From positions 62,001 through 126,000 of the IMG/VR virus record IMGVR_UViG_3300043399_000272: a stretch of 64,000 nt of DNA; one strand, written 5' to 3'. Of the stretch, positions 1 through 8,499 are shown in pieces (position 1 is the stretch's first letter; every line of letters starts with the position of its first letter). The translations under genes were made by a program, and so were the position numbers. The notes under the pieces are model-generated. The model did not search any database, was not told the origin of the DNA, and was given only the letters and a program-made list of their open reading frames with translations.

Positions 1-456
1 GGTCCAATCACACGTGAACAGTTTGAAAAAGAAGATCACATTTACTGGGAACGTAGATTTGCGAACCAAGCGTTTGACGAAATGGTATCTCACAAGACTG
101 GTATCAGCATCGGTAACATTCACAGTATGCGCCGTGGCACTGCACCTACATTAGTGTCTGATGATGTTAATAGAATTAAAAACGGATATCCTGACCTAGG
201 CAAAGCTCTGTTGGGTGATCCATCTGAGTTACTACTAGGACTACAGGAAAAAGTAATGCAAGGTATTGAAGAAGTTACTGGAACTAGTCTTGCTCTAGGC
301 AATGAATCTATCACACAACGATTAGATAATATGCATTCAGATCAAGTAAAACCTTCATTTGGTTCTGATGGTCAGCAATCAACTATGTCACCTAAAACTG
401 TTCAGCAGTCTATTCCATCACCCAAAAAATTGTTTAACTCTGAATACAAAAAATAA
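1..456 (+). CDS. 3' part of a hypothetical phage protein (begins before the window)
   Basis: The frame is open from base 1 (GPITREQFEKEDHIYWERRFANQAFDEM...) and continues into track ORF 82..456; no recognisable catalytic motif. Confidence 0.7.
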   Translation, partial: GPITREQFEKEDHIYWERRFANQAFDEMVSHKTGISIGNIHSMRRGTAPTLVSDDVNRIKNGYPDLGKALLGDPSELLLGLQEKVMQGIEEVTGTSLALGNESITQRLDNMHSDQVKPSFGSDGQQSTMSPKTVQQSIPSPKKLFNSEYKK

Positions 457-470
457 TTTGAAAGACTTTG

Positions 471-1130
471 ATGAAAGATAACTTACTATCCAATATTTTA
501 ATTAAGCCCAATGTCATTTCTAAAGAGGGTCTTGCCTTTATCACAGATTATGTTAGACAACAAAACAAAATTGATCTGTCTGTGTTTGATCCTGAAGAAA
601 CTAACAAGTCAGGGAAGACTTCGTTCACGGTTGACAAAAAAGTACGTGATACACAAATGATAGATATTTCTGGCATCATGGATACTATCGTAGACTTATA
701 TAGAGACATTGTTTTTAATATCATCAATCCAGCATATGATTTTGAGATTAGGGATTCTGAAGCTCCGCAGTTATTATCTTATTCAGTAGGCGGACATTAC
801 TTGCCGCACGTAGACGGTCAATCATTATGGAAAGCTCCTGACGGAGAAGTATTATGGAGGAAATCAACAGATCGTGACTTGAGTACTGTTCTTTTTCTAA
901 ACGATGATTTTGAAGGGGGTGATTTTGTATTCCCAGAACTTAGAGTCAGAATTCGTCCTGAGCCTGGTATGCTAGTATGCTTCCCTTCAACTTTTAGTTA
1001 TTTACATGGTGTAGAACCAGTAACTAAAGGACATCGTTTATCTATGGTAAATTGGATGACTGTCAAGGGTTTCACGACACTAGATGAAGAAACTAAGATT
1101 ATTAACGATAAATATAATATCAAAGGATAA
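471..1130 (+). CDS. 2OG-Fe(II) oxygenase, prolyl-4-hydroxylase-like
   Basis: HxD (PHVDG), STVLFLNDDFEGGDF, distal His and Arg (YLHGVEPVTKGHR); ATG at 471 (track starts at TTG 468). Confidence 0.9.
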   Translation: MKDNLLSNILIKPNVISKEGLAFITDYVRQQNKIDLSVFDPEETNKSGKTSFTVDKKVRDTQMIDISGIMDTIVDLYRDIVFNIINPAYDFEIRDSEAPQLLSYSVGGHYLPHVDGQSLWKAPDGEVLWRKSTDRDLSTVLFLNDDFEGGDFVFPELRVRIRPEPGMLVCFPSTFSYLHGVEPVTKGHRLSMVNWMTVKGFTTLDEETKIINDKYNIKG

Positions 1131-1135
1131 TAATT

Positions 1136-1501
1136 ATGCAATATTTAAAACACTACTACGTTGACAGCAGCAATCCATCAATATATTTAACTGAGAGCAA
1201 CATAGCACCGAACGGAAAAACACATCCGTTGATAGATGGGTTAGATGTAAAGATTTGGATCAATGAGCCACAATCAACAGTAGATTACTGTTTATCTGTA
1301 TGTCCAGATACTACTACTGTTACAGTAGTAACAGGCATTGAAGTATTAACATTTGATCAATGGGCAGATCAAGCAGAATCTCACTTCAATGAAGTCAAAG
1401 GTGATAGTTCCATAGTAATGAATAAGTCTAGTTTAGAAACAGTCATGCAGGCTTACTATGATTTAGCTGTTGAAAACGCTCCAGATATACCGCAACCATA
1501 A
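1136..1501 (+). CDS. hypothetical protein
   Basis: 121-aa ORF tightly packed between co-oriented genes. Confidence 0.7.
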   Translation: MQYLKHYYVDSSNPSIYLTESNIAPNGKTHPLIDGLDVKIWINEPQSTVDYCLSVCPDTTTVTVVTGIEVLTFDQWADQAESHFNEVKGDSSIVMNKSSLETVMQAYYDLAVENAPDIPQP

Positions 1502-1506
1502 AAAAT

Positions 1507-2124
1507 ATGAAGTTCAAGTATGCAGTTGTAGATGATTTCTACAATAATCCATATGATATAAGAAAATACGCACTGTCATTAGATTACCCCGAACCTTTTG
1601 AGGGATATACATATCCGGGAAGGAACTCTACGAAAAGTGTATATGACCAATCACTGCATAACGAGATAGAAAAAATTTGCGGTAGTAAACTTAGATATCC
1701 TAAATCTGATACGGAGGCGGGATATTTTAGACTTTCAACAGAAAACGACACGTTTGAACAATATATTCACGTTGATCCTGGTTGGGATATTGCTGGGGTA
1801 TTGTATTTAAATCCACCAAATCAGTGCGAAATTGAAGGTGGTACTAGTTTTTGGATGCACAAAAAATTAGGAATTGAGCATTGTCCTAGAAACCCTGAAG
1901 AAGCCGCACTATTAGGTTATGATACGTATCATAGTATTCGTGAAAACTTAATTTACGGGGACGGATTAGATGACACTAAATGGTTAAAGTACTTAATGGT
2001 TCCCATGAAGTTCAATCGTTTAGTGTTGTTCGATTCTCTTTTATGGCATAGTCACAATGCAAACTTTGGTGATAAAAAAGAAAACGCACGTTTAGTGCAG
2101 TTGTTCTTCTTAAAATACGCATAA
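1507..2124 (+). CDS. 2OG-Fe(II) oxygenase-like protein (DUF6445-like)
   Basis: HxD (YIHVDP), AGVLYLNP, GGTSFW, KFNRLVLFDSLLWHS. Confidence 0.8.
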   Translation: MKFKYAVVDDFYNNPYDIRKYALSLDYPEPFEGYTYPGRNSTKSVYDQSLHNEIEKICGSKLRYPKSDTEAGYFRLSTENDTFEQYIHVDPGWDIAGVLYLNPPNQCEIEGGTSFWMHKKLGIEHCPRNPEEAALLGYDTYHSIRENLIYGDGLDDTKWLKYLMVPMKFNRLVLFDSLLWHSHNANFGDKKENARLVQLFFLKYA

Positions 2125-2127
2125 ATA
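2120..2127 (+). promoter_or_regulatory. T4-type late promoter-like motif (CATAAATA)
   Basis: Close match to the TATAAATA late -10 element; about 50 nt upstream of ATG 2176; gp55-like sigma is encoded in the window. Confidence 0.55.
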
Positions 2128-2175
2128 CTATATTCATTAGTCGTTCTTAGTGCGGCTACCTCAGGATATAGATAT

Positions 2176-3121
2176 ATGAGTCAAATAACAGATGTTTTCA
2201 CATTAAATGAAGTATATGAATTAATGTTAGATGGGGTATGGCCTACTACGTATTATCAAGTAGTATGGTGATAGGGGTACTTTTGGTGGCGGTGATACAG
2301 GGTCAAAAACAAACGGTATTGACTACATAACAATTTCTACAACTGGTAATGCTACTAGTTTTGGTACTTTGACTAGTTCTAGAGATGGTGTTCGTGCGTG
2401 TTCTAATGGAACACGAGGTGTGTTTGCAGGAGGCTGGATTACATCAGCTCAAAACACAATAGATTATATAACTATTGCTACAACAGGTAATGCTACTAAT
2501 TTTGGCACTCTAGTTACAGCTAGGCAATCGGTCGGTGCCTGCTCTAACGGAATTAGGGGTGTATTTGGGGGCGGTTCTACAGCTACTAAAACTAGTGCAA
2601 TAGATTATATAACAATTGCTACAACTGGTAATGCTACTAGTTTTGGTACTTTAACAGTTGCTAGAACTAGTTTAGCTTCTTGTGCTAATAGTACCCGTGG
2701 TATATTTGCTGGTGGAGACCTTCAAGGAGCCTATAGTGATGTTATCGATTATATAACTATTGACACTACGGGTAATGCTACTAACTTTGGTACTTTAACT
2801 GTAAGTAGAGGTTGGATTAACGGCTGCTCGGATACAACACGAGGTGTATTTGCGGGTGGTTACGCTGGAAGTTTTAGTAATGTTATTGACTATATAACAA
2901 TTGCTACAACTGGTAATGCTACGTATTTCGGCGATTTAAGTTCTACTAATCATGATCTTGGTGCATGCTCAAATGGTACTAGGGGAGTATTTGCTGGCGG
3001 TAGTAATGGAACTAGATTTAATAAAATAGAATATATCGTTATACAGACATTAGGCAATGCTGTAAATTTTGGCACATTAACAGTAGCCAAATCAAATTTT
3101 GGTGCGTGTTCAGGAACCTAA
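2176..3121 (+). CDS. six-repeat beta-propeller-like virion protein split by a +1 frameshift near 2260-2271 (programmed frameshift, pseudogene or assembly error)
   Basis: SD-like AGGA plus ATG 2176 gives MSQITDVFTLNEVYELMLDGVWPTTYYQVVW* (stop 2269-2271). The next frame is open from 2264 (YGDRGTFGGG...) and holds six ~47-aa repeats (RGxFxGG...IDYITIxTTGNATxFGxL). The track start at 2369 cuts the first repeat. Confidence 0.75.
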
Positions 3122-3138
3122 AAATAATTTTTCATCTT

Positions 3139-3176
3139 AATAAAGGATTGATATATAAAAGTATCAATCCTTTATT
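3139..3176 (+). terminator. 15-bp perfect hairpin, probable intrinsic terminator or regulatory stem
   Basis: AATAAAGGATTGATA / TATCAATCCTTTATT with an 8-nt loop (TATAAAAG), ending in a T-rich tract. Confidence 0.6.
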
Positions 3177-3182
3177 TTATCC

Positions 3183-3827
3183 ATGAAAAAAATTTTAATA
3201 GCCACGCCCTGCCTAGATCAAAAAGTTGACGCATACTTTGTACACAGCTTATGTGAATCCATCAAGTTAGGTTTAAAACACGACCTAGATATTAAATGTG
3301 TGTTTCTAGCTAATGAGAGTATTCTACCGATGGCTAGGAATGAACTTTTTGCATTAGCTTACAATGAAAAATATGACACAGTTGTGTTCATTGACGATGA
3401 CGAATATTGGAATCCACAGGTTCTTATAGACATAATTCAATCTGATAAGGATGTAATTTCAGTACCTGTCGTTAATAAATCTGACAACAAACCAACTACA
3501 TTTAACGTTTGGATAGATCCTCAAATTGTAATAGATACTGACGGATACGTAAAAATTAACAAATGTGGCACAGGATTTTTAAAACTTTCTCAAAAAGTAC
3601 TTAATGATCTTTGGGATTCTAATACAGAGTTAGTGTTTAGAAACAAGAAGTTAAAAAACATTTGCGAGTATACATACGTCAACGGCGACTTTGTTGGTGA
3701 AGACATTACGTTATCCAACAAAATTAAAGAACTAGGTTATGACATTTGGCTTAACCCAAATCATACAGTATCCCACATTGGTAATAAAATGTATGTCGGT
3801 GACTTTAAACAGCAACATAAACTATGA
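3183..3827 (+). CDS. glycosyltransferase, GT-A fold (GT2-like)
   Basis: KILIATP N-terminal strand, ILPMARN, DxD-like FIDDD, GTGFL, GEDI and VSHIG motifs. Confidence 0.75.
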   Translation: MKKILIATPCLDQKVDAYFVHSLCESIKLGLKHDLDIKCVFLANESILPMARNELFALAYNEKYDTVVFIDDDEYWNPQVLIDIIQSDKDVISVPVVNKSDNKPTTFNVWIDPQIVIDTDGYVKINKCGTGFLKLSQKVLNDLWDSNTELVFRNKKLKNICEYTYVNGDFVGEDITLSNKIKELGYDIWLNPNHTVSHIGNKMYVGDFKQQHKL

Positions 3828-5107
3828 TCGACATAATCATTCCAACATTATGGATGTCCAGTGACTTTGAAAAGTCGTTAGAAATGTATGTTGAGCAAGC
3901 ACTAGTTAACAAAGTCATTATCATAGACAATGCTATTAATAACAGACCTGACTTCAACGTATTGAAGAATCCTAAAATAGAGTTGATATCATATGGAAGA
4001 AACATCTACGTAAATCCTGCATGGAATGAAGGTGTTTTAAGAGCTACATCAAAAATCATTGGAATAATAAATGATGATATCAAAGTAGACAGTACTGTTT
4101 TTCAGTTAATCACAGATTTCAATTTGTCTCAGGGTGATATCATAGGTGTGAATCTTAGAGGATATCAAAACAATTACAAAATCGATGATTACATCGATAC
4201 CAAAGAAGAAATAGTAAAACTAAACTACAACGAGAATCAACCAATCGGCGGTCAAGCATGGGCGTTTGGTATTTGTATGTTTATGTTGCGTGAATCTTAT
4301 ACCCCTATACCTTCACTATATCAAGTATGGTACGGTGATGATTACTTAGCTCAACGTGCAAAAACTGTATATGCATTGAACTCTAACAAGATAAAAGGTA
4401 AGATTTCTGAAACGCTTACTAAGTTCAATGATCCAAATAGTGATGTGTCAAAAAGAATTGAATTAGACTCAAAAAACCTAATCAAATTCAATCATTTTAA
4501 GAACAGTAATAATTGGGACATTCCCCATAATATGATTAAGATGTATGCCCAACAGCGTAATCAAACACATAACTCTATATTTGAGATGGAATACCAAAAC
4601 GCAAGAAATACACCAAGTGACATTAATGAAAACGTTCACGAACTATATGAACTGGCTAAAGAATGTAAAACAGTAGTAGAAATGGGCGTTAGAACAGGTG
4701 TCAGTACAAGAGCATTCTTGAATACTGATGTTTCATTGATTTCATATGATATAGTTTTGAATTCAAACGTGCAAAGACTGTTTAATGAAGCTAAAAGAGT
4801 GGGCAAACAGGTTCAATACATAAAAGCCAATGTATTAGAGATTGAAATAGGTAACGTTGATTTGTTGTTTATTGACACATTGCACACTTACGATCAATTA
4901 AAACAAGAATTAAAACTACACGGGAACAAAGCCAATAAATATATTGCATTTCACGATACCCACACGTTTGGATTGCGGGATGAAGTCGGTAACGACAACA
5001 AAGGGCTTCTATCAGCTATTATAGAATTTTTGATGGAAAATTCTCATTGGACTTTCTACAAATACAAAACAAATAACAATGGATTAACTATCCTTAAAAG
5101 GACATAA
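3824..5107 (+). CDS. fusion of a GT2-like glycosyltransferase and a class I SAM methyltransferase (Methyltransf_24-like)
   Basis: N-terminal IIIPT, IIIDN, VNPAWN, INDD; C-terminal VVEMGVRTGVST and DLLFIDTLHTYDQL...IAFHDT. Confidence 0.75.
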   Translation: MIDIIIPTLWMSSDFEKSLEMYVEQALVNKVIIIDNAINNRPDFNVLKNPKIELISYGRNIYVNPAWNEGVLRATSKIIGIINDDIKVDSTVFQLITDFNLSQGDIIGVNLRGYQNNYKIDDYIDTKEEIVKLNYNENQPIGGQAWAFGICMFMLRESYTPIPSLYQVWYGDDYLAQRAKTVYALNSNKIKGKISETLTKFNDPNSDVSKRIELDSKNLIKFNHFKNSNNWDIPHNMIKMYAQQRNQTHNSIFEMEYQNARNTPSDINENVHELYELAKECKTVVEMGVRTGVSTRAFLNTDVSLISYDIVLNSNVQRLFNEAKRVGKQVQYIKANVLEIEIGNVDLLFIDTLHTYDQLKQELKLHGNKANKYIAFHDTHTFGLRDEVGNDNKGLLSAIIEFLMENSHWTFYKYKTNNNGLTILKRT

Positions 5108-5110
5108 TAA

Positions 5111-6010
5111 ATGAAATATAGTATTTTTCATCTACAAGGTGGAATTGGGAAACACATCGCAGCAACGGCTGTTGCCAAAGTTATTAAAAACAATCACCCT
5201 GATCGAAAACTCATAGTTGTATGTGCATATCCTGATATTTTTAACAACTTAGATTTTGTAGATAGAGTGTACCAGTTAGGTAATACCAGTTATTTTTACC
5301 AAAACTACGTACAAGACAAAGATTCTTTACTATTTCATCACGAGCCATATTACACTACAGACCATATTCACAAGAAACTACCGTTGATCCAAAACTGGTG
5401 TAAGATGTACGGTCTTACTTATAACGGTGAGAAACCTGTAATCAAGTTTAACAAACTTCAATATGATCTTTCTAAAAGATATTGGGTCAAAGGTAGTAAA
5501 CCTATCATGGTTATTCACACTAATGGTGGCATGATGACTACTGATGCGAAACCTTATGCATGGACTCGTGACATGCCGGAATCAATTGCACAAGAATTAG
5601 TTAATCACTACAAAGCAGATTACATGATCTATCAAGTTACAAAAATTAACTCACCTAAATTAAAAGGTGCTAATCATGTTTTTGCTACACAACAACAAGC
5701 ATTATCGTTGATGGAATTCTTCAGTTTAATGCTACACAGTGAAAAAAGAATTCTAATAGATTCTTCGCTTCAACACGCTGCTGCTGCATTAAATAAACCT
5801 TCAACTGTATTATGGAATGGCACAAGTCCAACTGTTTTTGGTTATGACTTACATGACAACATAACTACAAAGATTCCATACAACTTTAAACTTCCAGGAA
5901 GTTACTTGTTTGACTTTGATTTTAATGGTAATGAAATTGAATATCCATTTACTGAAGATCAAAATCTTTTTGATATAAACGAAATCATTGCGTCGGTAGA
6001 CAAACAATAA
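5111..6010 (+). CDS. glycosyltransferase, GT-B fold (GT9/heptosyltransferase-like)
   Basis: GGIGKHI, LIVV..YPDIF, ILIDSSLQHAAAAL.KPSTVLW, typical of GT9-like proteins. Confidence 0.75.
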   Translation: MKYSIFHLQGGIGKHIAATAVAKVIKNNHPDRKLIVVCAYPDIFNNLDFVDRVYQLGNTSYFYQNYVQDKDSLLFHHEPYYTTDHIHKKLPLIQNWCKMYGLTYNGEKPVIKFNKLQYDLSKRYWVKGSKPIMVIHTNGGMMTTDAKPYAWTRDMPESIAQELVNHYKADYMIYQVTKINSPKLKGANHVFATQQQALSLMEFFSLMLHSEKRILIDSSLQHAAAALNKPSTVLWNGTSPTVFGYDLHDNITTKIPYNFKLPGSYLFDFDFNGNEIEYPFTEDQNLFDINEIIASVDKQ

Positions 6011-6020
6011 GGAACAAATT

Positions 6021-6941
6021 ATGACTAAGAAAAAATATTATTTTATGGCTGGACTACCTAGAAGCGGTAGTACTATGCTATCAGCTATTTTAAATCAAAA
6101 CCCTAGATTTTATTCAGGACCTAGTTCTCCTGTAATACCTACAATGCTAGCGATAGAGAATTCTTTAAGCAATGATGAATTGTTCTTGGCTTATCCTAAA
6201 ATAGACTTTGGGAAGAATCTGATAGCTTCTGTTATGGATCATTACTACGCAGATGTAGATAAGCCAATTGTATTTGAGAAGAACCGTAGCTGGGTTAATA
6301 GAATGGAGTATATCAAAGGTTATTTTGGAATTGAACACCCTAAAGTATTGTACCCAGTACGAGATGTTTCTGAAATCTTAGCTTCATTTATATCTATGAT
6401 TAATAGAAACCCGCATATTATTAACGACCGCATCAACTTCATTGACCAGGCACTTGTTCAACAAGGCATACCAATCAATGATGTTACTCGCTGCCAAGCT
6501 ATTGCCGGTCCCGGTATCTTGGGTCAATCGTTTGATGGACTAAAGAAGGCGTTAGCTGAAGGATATAGAGCAAATATTCATTTCATTGAGTACAAAGACT
6601 TAGTTAATAATCCACGTGAAACAATGAAGAAAGTGTATGAATTCTTAGGTGAACCGGAATATCATCACGATTTTAAGAATCTAAAGAACTTGCACAGAGA
6701 AGACGATGTAAAAATCTATGGTTTTATTGACATGCACGAAGTCAGACCCGAAGTCAAATCAACAGCACTTTATCCAGAAGATGTATTACCTGCTAGTGTA
6801 TTAGACAGTGTACGTGGTGCAGAATTCTGGCGTGAAATAGATGATGTACCACTTAGTGATAGCACTGATACTGAAATTAAGCCACAACAGAGCTTTTTTG
6901 GACAAGTAATCAATGATGATAGTGATACTAAGCTAATCTAA
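6021..6941 (+). CDS. PAPS-dependent sulfotransferase family protein
   Basis: 5'-PSB loop GLPRSGSTML; 3'-PB motif VRDVSEILASF; IEYKDLV.NP. Confidence 0.85.
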   Translation: MTKKKYYFMAGLPRSGSTMLSAILNQNPRFYSGPSSPVIPTMLAIENSLSNDELFLAYPKIDFGKNLIASVMDHYYADVDKPIVFEKNRSWVNRMEYIKGYFGIEHPKVLYPVRDVSEILASFISMINRNPHIINDRINFIDQALVQQGIPINDVTRCQAIAGPGILGQSFDGLKKALAEGYRANIHFIEYKDLVNNPRETMKKVYEFLGEPEYHHDFKNLKNLHREDDVKIYGFIDMHEVRPEVKSTALYPEDVLPASVLDSVRGAEFWREIDDVPLSDSTDTEIKPQQSFFGQVINDDSDTKLI

Positions 6942-6943
6942 AC

Positions 6944-6975
6944 ATAAAGGTCTCTAAACGAGGCCTTTATTTTTT
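6944..6975 (+). terminator. intrinsic terminator
   Basis: ATAAAGGTCTC-TAAAC-GAGGCCTTTAT stem (one G-U pair) followed by a T run. Confidence 0.75.
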
Positions 6976-7041
6976 CCTACCTTTTTTTGTACATTCTTTG
7001 TTTAGGCATAAATTATAATATACATTTTATAAAGGTAAACC

Positions 7042-7266
7042 ATGGAACATCCAATTTTCAACATTCAACTTACACTTGATCAAGTAAACCTAATTCTAGC
7101 TACTGTAGGTAAATTACCATACGAGTCAATTGCCCCATTGATGAATTCTATTCAAGTTCAAGCTAGTACACAAATGCAGCAGTATAATGCTGCCACCGCA
7201 CAACAAGCAGAAGCAGAATCACAAGCATCACAAGCATCAGAAGATACAGGCAATATTATTCAATAA
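7042..7266 (+). CDS. small hypothetical protein
   Basis: 74 aa, AAAGG SD upstream, helical sequence. Confidence 0.7.
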   Translation: MEHPIFNIQLTLDQVNLILATVGKLPYESIAPLMNSIQVQASTQMQQYNAATAQQAEAESQASQASEDTGNIIQ

Positions 7267-7275
7267 GGAATAAAG

Positions 7276-8070
7276 ATGGTACAGCGTATACTAGTTATGG
7301 GTTTACCTGGTGCAGGCAAAACTTACCTGTCTCAACACATCTTAGAGCATTTACAGATCAACGGTAAAAAAGTAGGTTGGTTAAATGCGGATGATGTTCG
7401 CAAGAAGTATAACGACTGGGATTTCAGCAAGGAAGGACGTATCCGTCAAAGTTTACGCATGCGTGAACTTGCTGATTCTATGGTTGATATGGACTTTGTA
7501 ATCTGTGATTTTGTTGCACCATTGATTGAAATGCGTAACAACTTTAAAGCAGATTGGACTATTTGGGTCGACACCATAGATAAAGGTCGTTTTGAAGATA
7601 CAAACAAAGTTTTTATACCACCTGAAGTCTATGATTTCAGAATCACTGAACAAAAATCAGAATGGTGGGGTGAATTTATTGCTGCACATATGATTGATAA
7701 TCGTAGACGCCCTACTTTTGACTGGAAAAAAGAAACAGTTCAAATGTTAGGTCGTTGGCAACCATGGCACGAAGGGCATCGTGCATTGTTTGATCGTGCA
7801 ATTGCTAAAACTGGGCAAGTTGTGATTCAAATTCGTGACTGTCAAGGTTGGCAAGGTTCTAATCCTTTTGCGATTGAACAAGTCAAACACTATATCAAGC
7901 GTGATTTAGATCCTCTATATCAAGGTCAATATGAAATTCAAGTTGTTCCTAACATCGTAAACATTACATATGGGCGTGATGTTGGTTACAAGATTGAACA
8001 AGAAGTTTTTGATGATGCCATTCATTCTATTAGCGCAACGAAGATTCGTAAATCATTGGGCCTAAAGTGA
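7276..8070 (+). CDS. cysC: adenylylsulfate kinase-like domain fused to an HxGH nucleotidyltransferase domain
   Basis: P-loop GLPGAGKT, LNADDVR, DWDFSKEGRIRQ; C-terminal GRWQPWHEGH and ISATKIR. Confidence 0.75.
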   Translation: MVQRILVMGLPGAGKTYLSQHILEHLQINGKKVGWLNADDVRKKYNDWDFSKEGRIRQSLRMRELADSMVDMDFVICDFVAPLIEMRNNFKADWTIWVDTIDKGRFEDTNKVFIPPEVYDFRITEQKSEWWGEFIAAHMIDNRRRPTFDWKKETVQMLGRWQPWHEGHRALFDRAIAKTGQVVIQIRDCQGWQGSNPFAIEQVKHYIKRDLDPLYQGQYEIQVVPNIVNITYGRDVGYKIEQEVFDDAIHSISATKIRKSLGLK

Positions 8071-8291
8071 ATAAGTATCATGTTCGTTTCAATACTAAAC
8101 ACAACGGTAGTGATTTAGTTTGGAGAATTTTTGAAAATGGTGTAGAACATTTAGCAACAGATGTTCGCATCATTGGAGAAACTTACACCGAATGCACACA
8201 CGAACACGGTGAAACCAAATGGAACATAGCCTGCAATGGGCGTATAATTTGGGTTGACAAAGTTGCCGTTATAGTAACTGGGAAAGATTGA
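8067..8291 (+). CDS. small hypothetical protein
   Basis: 74 aa; overlaps both neighbours (translational coupling). Confidence 0.65.
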   Translation: MNKYHVRFNTKHNGSDLVWRIFENGVEHLATDVRIIGETYTECTHEHGETKWNIACNGRIIWVDKVAVIVTGKD

Positions 8292-8497
8292 TGAAAGAAA
8301 CATCGCTACGTAGCTTAGCGAAAACTATTAGTTGGCGCTTGACTGGTTCTAGCGCCACTTTTCTTATTAGTTACCTTATATCACACAATCTTAGTGTAGC
8401 AGGTACTATTGCAATAGTACAGTTGACCGCTAATACGATTCTATACTACATTCATGAAAGAGTATGGAATCGTATTAAGTGGGGTTCCTATAGATAG
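8291..8497 (+). CDS. DUF2061-like small membrane protein
   Basis: RSLAKTISWR and YYIHERVWNRIKWG with hydrophobic helices; TGATG overlap with the previous gene. Confidence 0.8.
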   Translation: MKETSLRSLAKTISWRLTGSSATFLISYLISHNLSVAGTIAIVQLTANTILYYIHERVWNRIKWGSYR

Positions 8498-8499
8498 TA

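Noticed and set aside
2266-2274. Stop-codon reassignment (TGA TAG) to explain the split gene
   Set aside because: Read-through stays in the wrong frame, and conserved genes elsewhere are intact and end normally in the standard code
2318-3100. Regularly spaced ~50-nt repeats with ~90-nt variable gaps, superficially CRISPR-like
   Set aside because: The repeats are degenerate at third codon positions, the period (~141 nt) is a multiple of 3 and they encode propeller repeats; no cas genes are present
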